A stretch of 64,000 nt of DNA, taken from positions 2,813-66,812 of the IMG/VR virus record IMGVR_UViG_3300046804_005087. One strand, 5' to 3'. A model generated the notes under the pieces. That model was given only the letters and a program-made list of their open reading frames with translations, ran no database searches and was not told the DNA's origin. Positions within the stretch are counted from its first letter, which is position 1. Each line of letters begins with the position of its first letter. Source of the DNA: a virus. Both the position numbers and the translations under genes were made by a program. Positions 1 to 9,798 of this stretch are shown here, piece after piece.

Positions 1-55
1 TAGGGCGTTTGGTATTTTAGGGATGTTGACAGTAAGGTGGTTGATTGTGTAGAAT
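1..55 (+). promoter_or_regulatory. Dispersed module, partial copy 0: sigma70-type promoter TTGACA(26-31)-18 bp-TAGAAT(50-55)
   Basis: Reverse complement of the promoter half of the copies at 8.6, 19.0, 37.5 and 51.2 kb; truncated by the window start. Confidence 0.8.
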
Positions 56-87
56 TGGGGTTATAGCAAACAACAGAGGTTTTTCAA

Positions 88-348
88 ATGGCTTTATATG
101 CTTTAGTCTCAGGCAATCAAGTTATGTATTCCGACGGAACGAAAGTGACCGTCAAACCTAAAAAACAATCTCCACGCAAAAAAGCTATCAAGGTCGGATC
201 AACTGTAATGGTTAATTTTGATTCCGAATGTATTGCTGTTACTACTGCAAAACGTCCAGATGGCTGGTTTGAATTTGAAATTATTCAAGGAAAAGACAAA
301 AACAAAAAAAGTGCGTGTCACAAAAAGCTTTTAACGTTAATTGACTAA
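88..348 (+). CDS. Hypothetical phage protein (probable early gene)
   Basis: ORF with GAGG SD directly downstream of a module promoter. Confidence 0.65.
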   Translation: MALYALVSGNQVMYSDGTKVTVKPKKQSPRKKAIKVGSTVMVNFDSECIAVTTAKRPDGWFEFEIIQGKDKNKKSACHKKLLTLID

Positions 349-1874
349 TTCTCTAAGTCTTCCCCCGCTTCAAGTAGCCGCAAAATCGACTCATAATCAG
401 AGTCACTAAGGGGCAAGTCATAACTACTGCCAATTCGAGATAGTTTATCGGAGTCCTCTAACGTAGTGGACTCTGTTTCTGCCATATCCTGTCCATCTTG
501 ACTATTTTGAGCATCGTCCTCTGGCTCATTAGTCTCACCCATAGCCGCTTCAATTTCTGCCATATCGTCCTCATCTAGTGTGATGTTTACCCCGAACTGA
601 CTACCACCGAACCGGGATTCTAGGATGGTTTCCGCCGGTAGTCCCAAAGCCGCGTACTTCTCATCAGCCTCAGCATAGATTTTATACTCATCCGCACGAT
701 CACGGTCAGATTTAACCAGGATAGATGGATAGGCGATTTCATACGCTAGGCGATCGCCAGTAATGCTAGGCATAATCAAATCGGTTAACCGACATAGGTA
801 GGGCGTAATGATATCGCTCTGGTAGTTACCGACCATTTCTGCCCATTGCTCATGATCGGATTTCCCCGACTCACTCATTGCCCCCTGTTTAGTCGAACCT
901 AACAACCGACTACGGGTAATGCGACTACATGCCACAAACATATCAATTACTAAGTTAACTAGGCTATCAATACCACTGAAGGAACGGTTGATAAACCCCG
1001 CATCTTCCCTGGCGGCGTCCAAAACCATGAGATTAATTGACGACAAACCGACTTTAAAAAGCTCTAATCTGGTTTGGATATCTTTCTGTTTACCCTGTAG
1101 CACCATATCGGCTAGACCATCCATCTTGTACCAGAAACCCGATGCTGATTGTAGATAATTAGACGCGGCTTTACTGGTTAACGTCATGTCGCTAAAACTG
1201 TCAATTAACACCTCAATGACAGACCGATCTTTAAAATCATTGCGGTATAGCATCTCCCCTGTCAGTTCAACACCATAGAATCGTAATACTCTATCAGGAT
1301 GAATCTCAGGTACATAGCTAAAGTAGCCAGGTTTGAGGTCATCCATCATAGCGGTGTAGTGGGGGTCTTTGCCGTAGTAGCCGCGATTATAACTAATCCT
1401 ATCCCGTCCAAAGATAGCGCCGCTTCTGACCCCCTTGACGCTCTCTAAATCGACGGGCTCACTCAATTCTTTACCGTCGTCAATGTCTAAAACGATATGA
1501 CAGTTCCCTTCAACATTGGCAATGATTAGCGCTTTTTTAATAGCATTTAGCCCATAGTGTTTAAAGCCGGCAATATCATAAAATACAATCTCATCTAATC
1601 GTTGCTTAATCTCCGTTCCCAGATCTGTATCTTCTTCAAACTGCCATTCAGGGCATTGTCGCAAACTATCGACGGGGTAAGCCGTGCAAGCCGTGTTAAT
1701 CAGGGGATTTATGAATAATTCGTAAGCCTCATCTAGGGTTAGTCTAGGTTGGTAATTGACTGCAATGTTATTGGCTAAGCCTAGTCCATTAACGGTGTTG
1801 CTAACAGCACTAATCGCCCTCCCAAATACCCCATTGGCATCATTTAACCAGCTAACATGAAATGTATCAGTCAT
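345..1874 (-). CDS. Portal protein (DUF1073/HI1409-like)
   Basis: 509 aa; motifs IHPDRVLRF, RSFSGI, ITRSRLLG, GKSD typical of this portal family; adjacent to terminase. Confidence 0.8.
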   Translation of the reverse strand: MTDTFHVSWLNDANGVFGRAISAVSNTVNGLGLANNIAVNYQPRLTLDEAYELFINPLINTACTAYPVDSLRQCPEWQFEEDTDLGTEIKQRLDEIVFYDIAGFKHYGLNAIKKALIIANVEGNCHIVLDIDDGKELSEPVDLESVKGVRSGAIFGRDRISYNRGYYGKDPHYTAMMDDLKPGYFSYVPEIHPDRVLRFYGVELTGEMLYRNDFKDRSVIEVLIDSFSDMTLTSKAASNYLQSASGFWYKMDGLADMVLQGKQKDIQTRLELFKVGLSSINLMVLDAAREDAGFINRSFSGIDSLVNLVIDMFVACSRITRSRLLGSTKQGAMSESGKSDHEQWAEMVGNYQSDIITPYLCRLTDLIMPSITGDRLAYEIAYPSILVKSDRDRADEYKIYAEADEKYAALGLPAETILESRFGGSQFGVNITLDEDDMAEIEAAMGETNEPEDDAQNSQDGQDMAETESTTLEDSDKLSRIGSSYDLPLSDSDYESILRLLEAGEDLEN

Positions 1875-1908
1875 ACTATTAAAATAATCTTAATAGTATT
1901 ATTTTAAA

Positions 1909-2262
1909 ATGTCTAAACACTCTACTAATGATGACAATAAACATATTCAGTTAGAGATTGTCCCAACTGGTCAAACTGAGTTAGATTTTAACTTGGCTGA
2001 AATTACTCGCAAACACTACAAGATACAATCGTCGATTGTCGGTAAACTTTACAAGCAAGTCGATAAACACGCCGCGTCTGATTTGACTGTAGCGGAAGCA
2101 AAGCAGGTAGCGGATACAATTAGAAATTTATCTATATGGGCTTCCAACTTCCACGAAAAGTTAACAATTGTACAGCAGAATGAGGCTGAAAAGATTATTG
2201 CGTTAGGCGGTGCAATTGACTATGAAAATTTAACCCAGGAGCAAAAAGAACAATGGTTGTAA
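1909..2262 (+). CDS. Probable terminase small subunit
   Basis: Helical 117-aa ORF overlapping the terL start; C-terminal DYENLTQEQ. Confidence 0.55.
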   Translation: MSKHSTNDDNKHIQLEIVPTGQTELDFNLAEITRKHYKIQSSIVGKLYKQVDKHAASDLTVAEAKQVADTIRNLSIWASNFHEKLTIVQQNEAEKIIALGGAIDYENLTQEQKEQWL

Positions 2263-3833
2263 AGTCAATAGAATCAAGGATGGAAGATAGAAGACGGGTT
2301 AGATGGTATGGACATAATGTATTGGATGCCAGAAAGTTGCAGTTGGATACAATGAAAAATGATACTGTCTGGTTTATTAATAATTATGGTTACACAATCG
2401 ACCCTAGAGATGCTCACAATCCGTTAAAGCCTTTTCTTTTATTTCCTATCCAAGAAGACTTGGTAAGGTTTTTTGAAACTAATTACTACGATGGCAATTG
2501 GGCTATTTTAGAAAAATCTAGAGACGTTGGGGCGACTTGGATTTTATCGGCGGTACTGGTAAAACATTGGTTGTTTACCCCAAACTTTAAGGGCGCAGTA
2601 GGTAGCAGAAAATCAACGCTAGTCGATAAAGCAGGCGATCCTGACTGTATTTTTGAAAAGATTAGATTGTTTATTAAGAATTTACCGGACTGGTTACAAC
2701 CTAATGGGTGGGAAAACAAACCATCAAAAACAATGCTAATCTATAATCCTGACAACGGCGCAACTATAACCGGTGAGGGCGGATCGGAAATAGGGAGGGG
2801 CGGACGTACTGGTTTGTACTTCTTAGATGAAAGTGCATTTATTGAGCAGTCTCAAAAAGTGATGTCTGCCTTGTCAGCTAACACTAATTGTTTAATTCAA
2901 GTATCAACGCCTAACGGGTTAGACAATGCCTTTTACCGATATGTCAGTGAGGGGAAGATTCCTAAGTTTAGAATTCACTGGAAAGATGACCCCCGTAAAA
3001 ATCATTGGATTACTCCCGGCGGTGTAACCGGTAAAGGCTGGGATGCCCCTAAAGATGCTATTTATCCTTGGTATGAGCAAAAGTGTAAAGAGATTGGCGA
3101 TCCGGTTATTATCGCTCAAGAATTAGACCTTGATTATTCTGCTTCTGTTGAGGGGATCTATATCCCTGCTAAATGGGTGATGACCTGTATTAATGCTCAT
3201 CTAAGATACCCTGGCATCATTGACGCTGATCAGCCTATCTGTGCGGGTCTAGACGTTGCGGCGGGCGGTGCTAACCAGTCAGTTCTAATCATCCGTCAAC
3301 AGGGATTGGTAGCGCCTAAAATCTACCGTTGGGACAACCTTGATCCAACTCAGGTATCTTTTGTCGTTGACGATCTATTGCGGCGTTTAGGGGTTGAATA
3401 TCTATGTTTTGATGCCGATGGTGTGGGGGCGGGGGTCGGCAGCACGTTACGGTCAATTGCTGATAAATCCTACGTTATAACCCCATTCAATGGTGCGGGA
3501 AGTCCCGACGACTATACACTTTGGCAAGGGGAAAATAAAACTAGTAAGCAAAAGTTTGCTAACCGACGGGCGGAGGCTTGGGGGATACTACGGGAACGAA
3601 TTAGAAAAACCTACGAAATGAGTGAGGGGATTAACACCTATCCTGAAGATGAACTAATCTCAATTCCCAATGACCCTAACTTAATTATCGAGCTTAGTAA
3701 ATTGACAATTCGGTACAATAGTAGTGGCAAAATTCTACTACAACCTAAGAATGAATTGAATCGGTCGCCTGATACTGCTGACGCTTTAGTTTATTCGTTT
3801 GTTAAGCCGAGGGGTTTGGCTTGGTGGACATGA
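2253..3833 (+). CDS. terL: Terminase large subunit
   Basis: Walker A EKSRDVGATW, Walker B FLDES, STPNG coupling motif, nuclease GLDVA...SPDTADA. Confidence 0.92.
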   Translation: MVVKSIESRMEDRRRVRWYGHNVLDARKLQLDTMKNDTVWFINNYGYTIDPRDAHNPLKPFLLFPIQEDLVRFFETNYYDGNWAILEKSRDVGATWILSAVLVKHWLFTPNFKGAVGSRKSTLVDKAGDPDCIFEKIRLFIKNLPDWLQPNGWENKPSKTMLIYNPDNGATITGEGGSEIGRGGRTGLYFLDESAFIEQSQKVMSALSANTNCLIQVSTPNGLDNAFYRYVSEGKIPKFRIHWKDDPRKNHWITPGGVTGKGWDAPKDAIYPWYEQKCKEIGDPVIIAQELDLDYSASVEGIYIPAKWVMTCINAHLRYPGIIDADQPICAGLDVAAGGANQSVLIIRQQGLVAPKIYRWDNLDPTQVSFVVDDLLRRLGVEYLCFDADGVGAGVGSTLRSIADKSYVITPFNGAGSPDDYTLWQGENKTSKQKFANRRAEAWGILRERIRKTYEMSEGINTYPEDELISIPNDPNLIIELSKLTIRYNSSGKILLQPKNELNRSPDTADALVYSFVKPRGLAWWT

Positions 3834-3835
3834 GA

Positions 3836-3863
3836 ATCCCCTCACTTTTTAGGGTGAAGGGAT
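3836..3863. terminator. Hairpin between convergent terL and the HNH-helicase operon
   Basis: ATCCCCTCAC/GTGAAGGGAT inverted repeat. Confidence 0.5.
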
Positions 3864-3879
3864 TGGGTTTTGTCTGGTG

Positions 3880-4371
3880 TTAAGCAAAAAGTTGTGTCAC
3901 TACTTGTTTTTTCGAGTAAAGATAAAATCCATTTTTAGATCCTCGCTTTAGATATTTTAGGTATGGATGACCAGACAGTTTAGGATTGCTTACAGCAGAC
4001 GAATAAAATACGTTAACTAGCTGAGATTGAAAGTTGTGGGTCTTTGTCATCCACTCAATTTCGGGAATTCGCTTCATCCAATTGGTAAAGTCAATTGGAC
4101 GAAATTCTTTGTTTCCGATAAATTCAAAGAACTTCCGAAAAAAGTCTTTTTCATCTAACTTTGAAACGATGTCAAGATAACTCATACTTTTTGCATCATC
4201 GTTATATGAATAGCTTTCCCAGCAATCTGTGATGTTGATTGGCGTTTCGGCAATGTTAGACTCCTTTGCTTTTAACTCATTGATAACATCTTGTAATGCT
4301 TCAATGTCTTTGTGGTTTACAGCATCAGCAGCAGCATTCCATAAAGCGTTGATTACGTAATTGTTAGCCAC
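3880..4371 (-). CDS. Hypothetical protein (possible C-terminal winged-helix), last gene of four-gene operon
   Basis: 163-aa ORF, GTG start with AAAGGA SD. Confidence 0.65.
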   Translation of the reverse strand: MANNYVINALWNAAADAVNHKDIEALQDVINELKAKESNIAETPINITDCWESYSYNDDAKSMSYLDIVSKLDEKDFFRKFFEFIGNKEFRPIDFTNWMKRIPEIEWMTKTHNFQSQLVNVFYSSAVSNPKLSGHPYLKYLKRGSKNGFYLYSKKQVVTQLFA

Positions 4372-4398
4372 GGTAGTTTCCTTTGTTGTTTGCGTTAA

Positions 4399-5277
4399 CT
4401 AAAATTCTTGAGCAAGGTAATCGCAAAGATTCGTGTACAAATCCCGCAATTGTTTATCGCTTAAAGTCTGATAAAGCTTGGATGCTATATCGCCCCCCGT
4501 ATTAACCGATGGCACAATATAACCCAGACTTTCCGCCATCTCATTTAGATAATCAACATCACATTTTGACTTGAGGTTATTTGCTAAAACCTCAGGCTCC
4601 CCAGGTAATGCAATCATCGCCTTGTCTTTAATGATTCCTAACTCGATTGCAGCGGCGCGAGCTGATTTGTACTTCTTACCCTTACCGATGTTTAACTCTT
4701 CACCTGGAAAGTCACGCTTAATGCGTCCCAATAGGTAGCCTTGCGATGTCCCTTGAGTCTTGGACTTTTGAGCTTCCTTTGTATCCTTATCGGAAATTAT
4801 TATATTATAATCTTTTCCGATACTGTGAATTGTACTCTGTGCGACCCCAATCTCATTGGCAATTTGCTGTTGAGTCATGCCATCTAATCGCATTTGTTGG
4901 ATTTTCATTTTGTCCTCTGGGGTTATTGTGGATGGTCGTCCTGGTTTGTTGATTGGTTCGATTGATTCTGGTACAGGGTTAAAGTTTTCTTGAGTGAATA
5001 GGTCTAGTAATTCTTTGGCGTATGGGTCAAACTTAGAGTTTTTGCTACAGGATTCAACGGTTAGGTAGATTGCCAAGGGATCGGTTTTTAGTCCGTCTTC
5101 GTGACCAATAAAATCTTTCAAGGAATCAAAATTGTAGGTTTCTCCTAGCCATTCATAATGTCGATGCCATCCTGACTGAATTAATTCACAGAATCCTTTA
5201 AACCATTCAACCGATAAATTAACACCGTCAGCATAAGCTCTGACATACATGAAAGTTTCATTGATTGAATTATCCAT
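4399..5277 (-). CDS. HTH DNA-binding protein
   Basis: GRP...GMTQQQIANEIGVAQSTIH (Hin/resolvase-type HTH); ATG at 5277 overlaps the helicase stop. Confidence 0.7.
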   Translation of the reverse strand: MDNSINETFMYVRAYADGVNLSVEWFKGFCELIQSGWHRHYEWLGETYNFDSLKDFIGHEDGLKTDPLAIYLTVESCSKNSKFDPYAKELLDLFTQENFNPVPESIEPINKPGRPSTITPEDKMKIQQMRLDGMTQQQIANEIGVAQSTIHSIGKDYNIIISDKDTKEAQKSKTQGTSQGYLLGRIKRDFPGEELNIGKGKKYKSARAAAIELGIIKDKAMIALPGEPEVLANNLKSKCDVDYLNEMAESLGYIVPSVNTGGDIASKLYQTLSDKQLRDLYTNLCDYLAQEF

Positions 5278-7234
5278 TGATGTTTTCCTCATAATATTTT
5301 CGTGCGGATTCAATCCATTTGACTCGCGTTGCTAACGTAGCCTGAGATAGTGATTGGATGCCAATCTTGCGATTAATAACTTGACTTACCACTCGATAGC
5401 CTTCATCGTCTTTTAAGTCTCGGTAAGCGTCTCCTAGTGGCGATTTAATAGAAGACCATCGAATGAGATTTGTTAGTCGCTTAATTTCTGCTTTTGCTTC
5501 TGCAATTTGGGCATCATAATCGATATTGATAGATGGTTCCTTGGGTGATTCATTACGACGTATTTCGCTAATTTCATCGGCATATTTATCTTTCAAGACA
5601 CGGATTCGCTCAATTACTGCTTTTTGTTGTGATTCCGAATTAGAACCGAGTACAGCGTCAATCCACTGACGGAACGCTGTTTGACCGCAAAATTCGGCAA
5701 TTACGGATGGGCAATCTTGTAAATATTTAATAGCTTCCTGAACATCTGAAGGAATTAAACAGCTATTTACAACTTCAACGTATCCATCAGTTTCTGTCAT
5801 GTAAGGCATAACGGGGCGATCCGTATCTACCAATGGATTGTCTTTGATGTTGTCTATGTTGTCATTGCCGGATTCATTGACTACCATCTTGATTTGTTTT
5901 TTCAAGTTAGCAGAAAGGTAAACAAAAGTAGGCTCAGCCGGAGCTACAATGTACCCTGATTTTGTCATGGTAGGAAAACCATCGTCATAATAAGAAAAAT
6001 CAATGCGCCGTCCTGATTGGTCATAAAGTTTGGGAATACGACGGGCGGCGCGAAAGATAACTTGAATGATATAAAGCATGGTAGATATTGCGCTTAAATA
6101 TCCCACTACTTTGATGGCAGGAATATCTACCCCTTCAGAAATCATACCAACAGAAACAATGGCATCTGGAACCTTTGGATTTGGCTTTTGCAATTCGTCT
6201 TGGATATGCTCAATTTTTTTGCTTGCTTTTGTGTCAATTTCATCAGTTCCAGAATGAATCACCTGCACAGTCCAAGCATATTTATCTCGTAGGTATTTGC
6301 CGATGTTATCAGCTTCGCGCTTGTTTCGGGCAACAACTAAGGCGATCACATGGGGACAATGCCATTGACGAGCTTGATCTAAGCGTTCTCGCACACGTTC
6401 CAATACCTTAATTGCAGTTTCATTTCGATAAACGTTTTCACATCCTACATGCTTGCCTAGGTCATTATTTTGTTGTGGGATAACCCGACTGCATTCTTCC
6501 CAGTCTTCATCGGTTAATGGAGGATTATATTCAGATACCACCTGTTTACTGTCTCCCATCCCCACATAGGCGCGGGAATGGATTAAGTCAAAATGCAATG
6601 GAACTGTCCCACGAGTAGGTGATTTTAAATCACTTGCGTAATTGTAAGAATAATCAGGAACTACAATGCCATTTTGGTAGTAATTGTTATTTTGCAGTAA
6701 AGCAATATAACCATCAGTACGCCACGGAGTACCTGATAGCATCAAAATGTTGTAAGAAATACTGGCGATAGATTCTAACGCATTCCCCCATTCCTTATCC
6801 CGTTCTGCGTGATGATACTCATCACAGATTAAAAGGATTCGAGAATTTGCAGGAATATTGTCTAATGAACGTTTTGCCCCAGCATAGGTGACAACACGAA
6901 AAACAACATCTTCTGTAAAGTTGTCAGATTCACCTGTGACGACAAATCCCAGGCTTTTAGCGGTTTTTACCCATCCTTTTTTAATAGATACGCTAGGAAC
7001 TAAGCAAATAACTACCGTATCAAGGTCACTACCTGATGTGTATTGAGCGGCGGCAAACAAACAACCAAGCATAGTTTTGCCGCCACCTGGGCACACTTCC
7101 GCTACAAATACGCGAGAGTCTTTATCTTTTTGGCGCTTATCTCGCAGTGACTTTAAAACCTCTTTTTGCCAGATACGTAAATCAATATTAGATGCTCGCT
7201 TTTCCACTTCTCGCTTGAAGTGATTGTCAATCAT
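5270..7234 (-). CDS. SF2 DExH helicase (ResIII-like)
   Basis: LRIWQ, CPGGGKT, DEYHH, LSGTP, MISEGVDIP, QVIFRAAR motifs; likely start ATG 7234 overlapping the HNH stop. Confidence 0.88.
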   Translation of the reverse strand: MIDNHFKREVEKRASNIDLRIWQKEVLKSLRDKRQKDKDSRVFVAEVCPGGGKTMLGCLFAAAQYTSGSDLDTVVICLVPSVSIKKGWVKTAKSLGFVVTGESDNFTEDVVFRVVTYAGAKRSLDNIPANSRILLICDEYHHAERDKEWGNALESIASISYNILMLSGTPWRTDGYIALLQNNNYYQNGIVVPDYSYNYASDLKSPTRGTVPLHFDLIHSRAYVGMGDSKQVVSEYNPPLTDEDWEECSRVIPQQNNDLGKHVGCENVYRNETAIKVLERVRERLDQARQWHCPHVIALVVARNKREADNIGKYLRDKYAWTVQVIHSGTDEIDTKASKKIEHIQDELQKPNPKVPDAIVSVGMISEGVDIPAIKVVGYLSAISTMLYIIQVIFRAARRIPKLYDQSGRRIDFSYYDDGFPTMTKSGYIVAPAEPTFVYLSANLKKQIKMVVNESGNDNIDNIKDNPLVDTDRPVMPYMTETDGYVEVVNSCLIPSDVQEAIKYLQDCPSVIAEFCGQTAFRQWIDAVLGSNSESQQKAVIERIRVLKDKYADEISEIRRNESPKEPSINIDYDAQIAEAKAEIKRLTNLIRWSSIKSPLGDAYRDLKDDEGYRVVSQVINRKIGIQSLSQATLATRVKWIESARKYYEENING

Positions 7235-7442
7235 TGGGATCGAATACATAATTAGATTTCCTTAAATTACATTCGGGACAGCTTGGAACTCCATTGTGTA
7301 GCGTAGTAGTTCCGCCCTTTGAATAAGGAATCACGTGGTCTATATGGCAAGTAGCGTCAACTTTTTTGCCGCAATAAGCACAGCGCCATTGGTGCTTGAT
7401 TAACAGCATAGTTTTTTCAGACTTACTAAAACAACGTCTCAA
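7227..7442 (-). CDS. HNH endonuclease
   Basis: CAYCG...HIDHVIPYSKGG...CPECNLRK; probable TTG start at 7442 (ORF track start 7496). Confidence 0.85.
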   Translation of the reverse strand: MRRCFSKSEKTMLLIKHQWRCAYCGKKVDATCHIDHVIPYSKGGTTTLHNGVPSCPECNLRKSNYVFDPND

Positions 7443-7574
7443 CCTAGAGAGCGGAAAAATTTCCGACTGACAAAGTGTCCTTCTGCATAAGCACATAAGC
7501 TATATTAACAACGCTCCAAATAAAATGACAACCAATAATGTCAGATATTTGCAGCCAATTTCAGTAAGCTTCAA

Positions 7575-7793
7575 TCATTTGCCATCCCTGAGCCGCTGAT
7601 AAAATTTGCCTTTGCGGTCATGGGAGAAAGTGGAGGGGAACCGTAGGTAAAGGGCGATCGCCTCCCTAATCAATTCCGACCGACTCATATCCTTTTGCCA
7701 ACATCGCTCATTCAATGCTTGGATAATGCCATCGTCTAGGGACACTGAAACTGGTTTTTTGGGATGGTCGGGCGTTAGTTTGGCTCTAGGCAT
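7575..7793 (-). CDS. Ribbon-helix-helix (CopG-like) regulator
   Basis: VSVSLD...MSRSELIREAI. Confidence 0.8.
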   Translation of the reverse strand: MPRAKLTPDHPKKPVSVSLDDGIIQALNERCWQKDMSRSELIREAIALYLRFPSTFSHDRKGKFYQRLRDGK

Positions 7794-7892
7794 AGGACGG
7801 GTGATTGATTGGGCTACAGATATTTTATTAATCTATGCCAACAAAAAAGACCCCGGAGGGTCTAGTTTCGTGCTCACCATTATGCGTTACGG

Positions 7893-8531
7893 CTATTTTA
7901 ACAACTTAAACTCAAGTACCCAAACCCAGGGGTTAGACGCCCAAGGATGTTTTTTGTTGTCACTGTCCCATAGATTTTGAAAAGCAGTACGCAATTCATG
8001 TCGGGGGTAGTCTAATCCTGGGCAAAAACTTTCCAGCCCTTCGGCCATCGCATCCTTTTCACTAATATCATTCAACCGTTCAACCCATACATCAGTAATC
8101 TCTAAAGTTATGCGAGATGCTGCGCGGGGCATGTGGATTGAAGGTTTCCATTTAACGGGTTTTCCCGTCCGTCCATCAATGCCAGCAATATAAACGTTAG
8201 CTTCAGGATAGAAAGTTTCGGTTTTATACTTAATATTGCCATCCGATAAGATAGCAAATGTTTCCCGCACCCATAATCGATCATCAACTTCTCCAAATGG
8301 GCATTTAATTTGTCGGCAATATTTCTTGTGAGGTTCACCTGGCACATGGGTTAGTGTTTCAAAATCCCGTGTTTCTGGATTGATTCGCTCAATTGTTTTA
8401 AAAACAACCGACTCACCTTTTTTGCTAACCATATCCGGCTGTGGCTTAACAACCCGCCGTGACTGTGTTTTACGCCCGTCAAGGATGGCGCGCACCATCT
8501 CGCCGCTAAATAAAATTGGTTTTTCTTTCAT
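7893..8531 (-). CDS. ASCH/PUA-like phage protein
   Basis: MKEKPILFSGEMVRAILDGRKTQSRR...WKPSIHMPR...NPWVWVLEF; start ATG 8531 after GAGG SD. Confidence 0.8.
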   Translation of the reverse strand: MKEKPILFSGEMVRAILDGRKTQSRRVVKPQPDMVSKKGESVVFKTIERINPETRDFETLTHVPGEPHKKYCRQIKCPFGEVDDRLWVRETFAILSDGNIKYKTETFYPEANVYIAGIDGRTGKPVKWKPSIHMPRAASRITLEITDVWVERLNDISEKDAMAEGLESFCPGLDYPRHELRTAFQNLWDSDNKKHPWASNPWVWVLEFKLLK

Positions 8532-8562
8532 ACCTACCTCAAATGTTTGCTCGATTTCTTCC

Positions 8563-8691
8563 ATTCTACACAATCAACTGCCTTACTGTCAAAACGCCAT
8601 TTTAGCCAGAATCCCTAAAACTCTGAAAGCCTTACCCTGTCTAGATTACAAGGTGTTTCACCCTCTTAAGGATATTATAGGGGGTGAAACA
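8563..8691 (-). repeat. Dispersed module copy A (promoter -35 8587-8592, -10 8563-8568; 36-bp palindrome 8655-8690)
   Basis: GTTTCACCCTCTTAAGGATATTATAGGGGGTGAAAC located 62 bp from TGTCAA. Confidence 0.9.
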
Positions 8692-8735
8692 GTGGGATTT
8701 AGGATGGTGATATAGGACTCTTACGGGAATAACTT

Positions 8736-9500
8736 ATGGGACGCCAACGCCAACGTCGAGTTGATACTGCTAGCTGGGATGACGTTGAGTCGTCCTATTT
8801 TTTTGACAACGTAGTGCCACTAGTCCCCAACCGCAAAACTTTCAAGCCTCTAACCCCTAATCACCATCGGTTAATCCACCATATCCGCAATAGTCCGATC
8901 ACGATAATCAATGGGCCCGCCGGTAGTCTCAAAACGTTTCTGAGCTTGCAGACCCTGATACAGCTAATCGACGATGGCACTTATGACAAAATTGTGTATA
9001 TCCGTCAGCGTATTCAACGCCCCCATGAGCCAGAATTGGGCTCTTTACCGGGCGATAAGAGTGAGAAGCTACACAAACTACTTGCGCCGATTTTGGATAA
9101 CCTGGAGGCGATTCTAAGTCCCTATGCAGTTGACGAATTCATCAAAACTAAAGTTGAATGTTCTGATATTGAATCGTTGCGGGGGCGATCACCGTTACGG
9201 TCTTGCCTATTCTGTGATGAGGCGCAAAACTGTGATTTAACAGCGCTAGAGACTATCATGACCCGTCGCACTGAATGTTCTAAATTAGTACTGGCTGGGG
9301 ATTTTAAAGGGCAACGGGATATTTTAGACCGGGAATTTGATGCTTTTGAGTTGGTTTGTAATGAATTTGAAGGCAAGTTTCCAATCATCCATCTAACAAA
9401 AAATGACATCCTACGGTCTGAGACTAACAAGGATGTCATCACGGGTTTTGAACGAATTAAAGAACGATTACAACTTATTGGTGTTTGTCCCCCTGCATAA
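8736..9500 (+). CDS. phoH: PhoH-like ATPase
   Basis: GPAGSLKT, LGSLPGD, LRGRS, DEAQN, AGD motifs. Confidence 0.9.
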   Translation: MGRQRQRRVDTASWDDVESSYFFDNVVPLVPNRKTFKPLTPNHHRLIHHIRNSPITIINGPAGSLKTFLSLQTLIQLIDDGTYDKIVYIRQRIQRPHEPELGSLPGDKSEKLHKLLAPILDNLEAILSPYAVDEFIKTKVECSDIESLRGRSPLRSCLFCDEAQNCDLTALETIMTRRTECSKLVLAGDFKGQRDILDREFDAFELVCNEFEGKFPIIHLTKNDILRSETNKDVITGFERIKERLQLIGVCPPA

Positions 9501-9657
9501 TTTTGTGGATATTAGCTTTAACCCGATTGCCTAACAAATCATAGGCATCGTTAACAATATCCTCGGCAAACTCAGAACGGATAGACTGCAACTCATCTTT
9601 AGTTTGAGCGTCAATCATGCGTTCAGCCGCATCTAAAACATAAGTAGTTCTGTTCAT
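9475..9657 (-). CDS. Hypothetical protein
   Basis: 60-aa ORF preceded by the CTAAGCAAGCA leader motif. Confidence 0.55.
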   Translation of the reverse strand: MNRTTYVLDAAERMIDAQTKDELQSIRSEFAEDIVNDAYDLLGNRVKANIHKIMQGDKHQ

Positions 9658-9798
9658 ATCAAATTAATTGTGCTTGCTTAGTGCCCACATTGTACACACT
9701 CAACCATTTTATCGTCAAGCGATGTCGTGGGGTCAAGGTAAAATAGTTGGGTATGTTATAATGGCGATCGCAAACTAACAAAATAGAGGGATAGTGTA

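Noticed and set aside
345-1874. Anti-CBASS Acb1 label sometimes attached to DUF1073 proteins
   Set aside because: No paired HxT/S 2H-phosphodiesterase motifs seen; size and position fit a portal.
8532-8573. Shared N-terminus MCRM(E/R)EIEQTFEV on ORFs 7893-8573 and 18657-19049
   Set aside because: This is the -10 box and 5' UTR; true starts follow the GAGG SD at 8531 and 19004.
8655-8690. 36-bp GTTTC...GAAAC palindrome as a CRISPR array or repeat, with a leader-like GAAACCCTT motif upstream
   Set aside because: Copies are single and 7-18 kb apart, with no spacers and no cas operon. Both flanking promoters point away from it, so a solitary-repeat RNA is less likely, though not excluded without comparing to host repeats.
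8380-8715. ORFs 8380-8715, 18871-19185 and 51133-51351 with mutual similarity
   Set aside because: The similarity comes from translating the non-coding repeated module; they are shadow ORFs.
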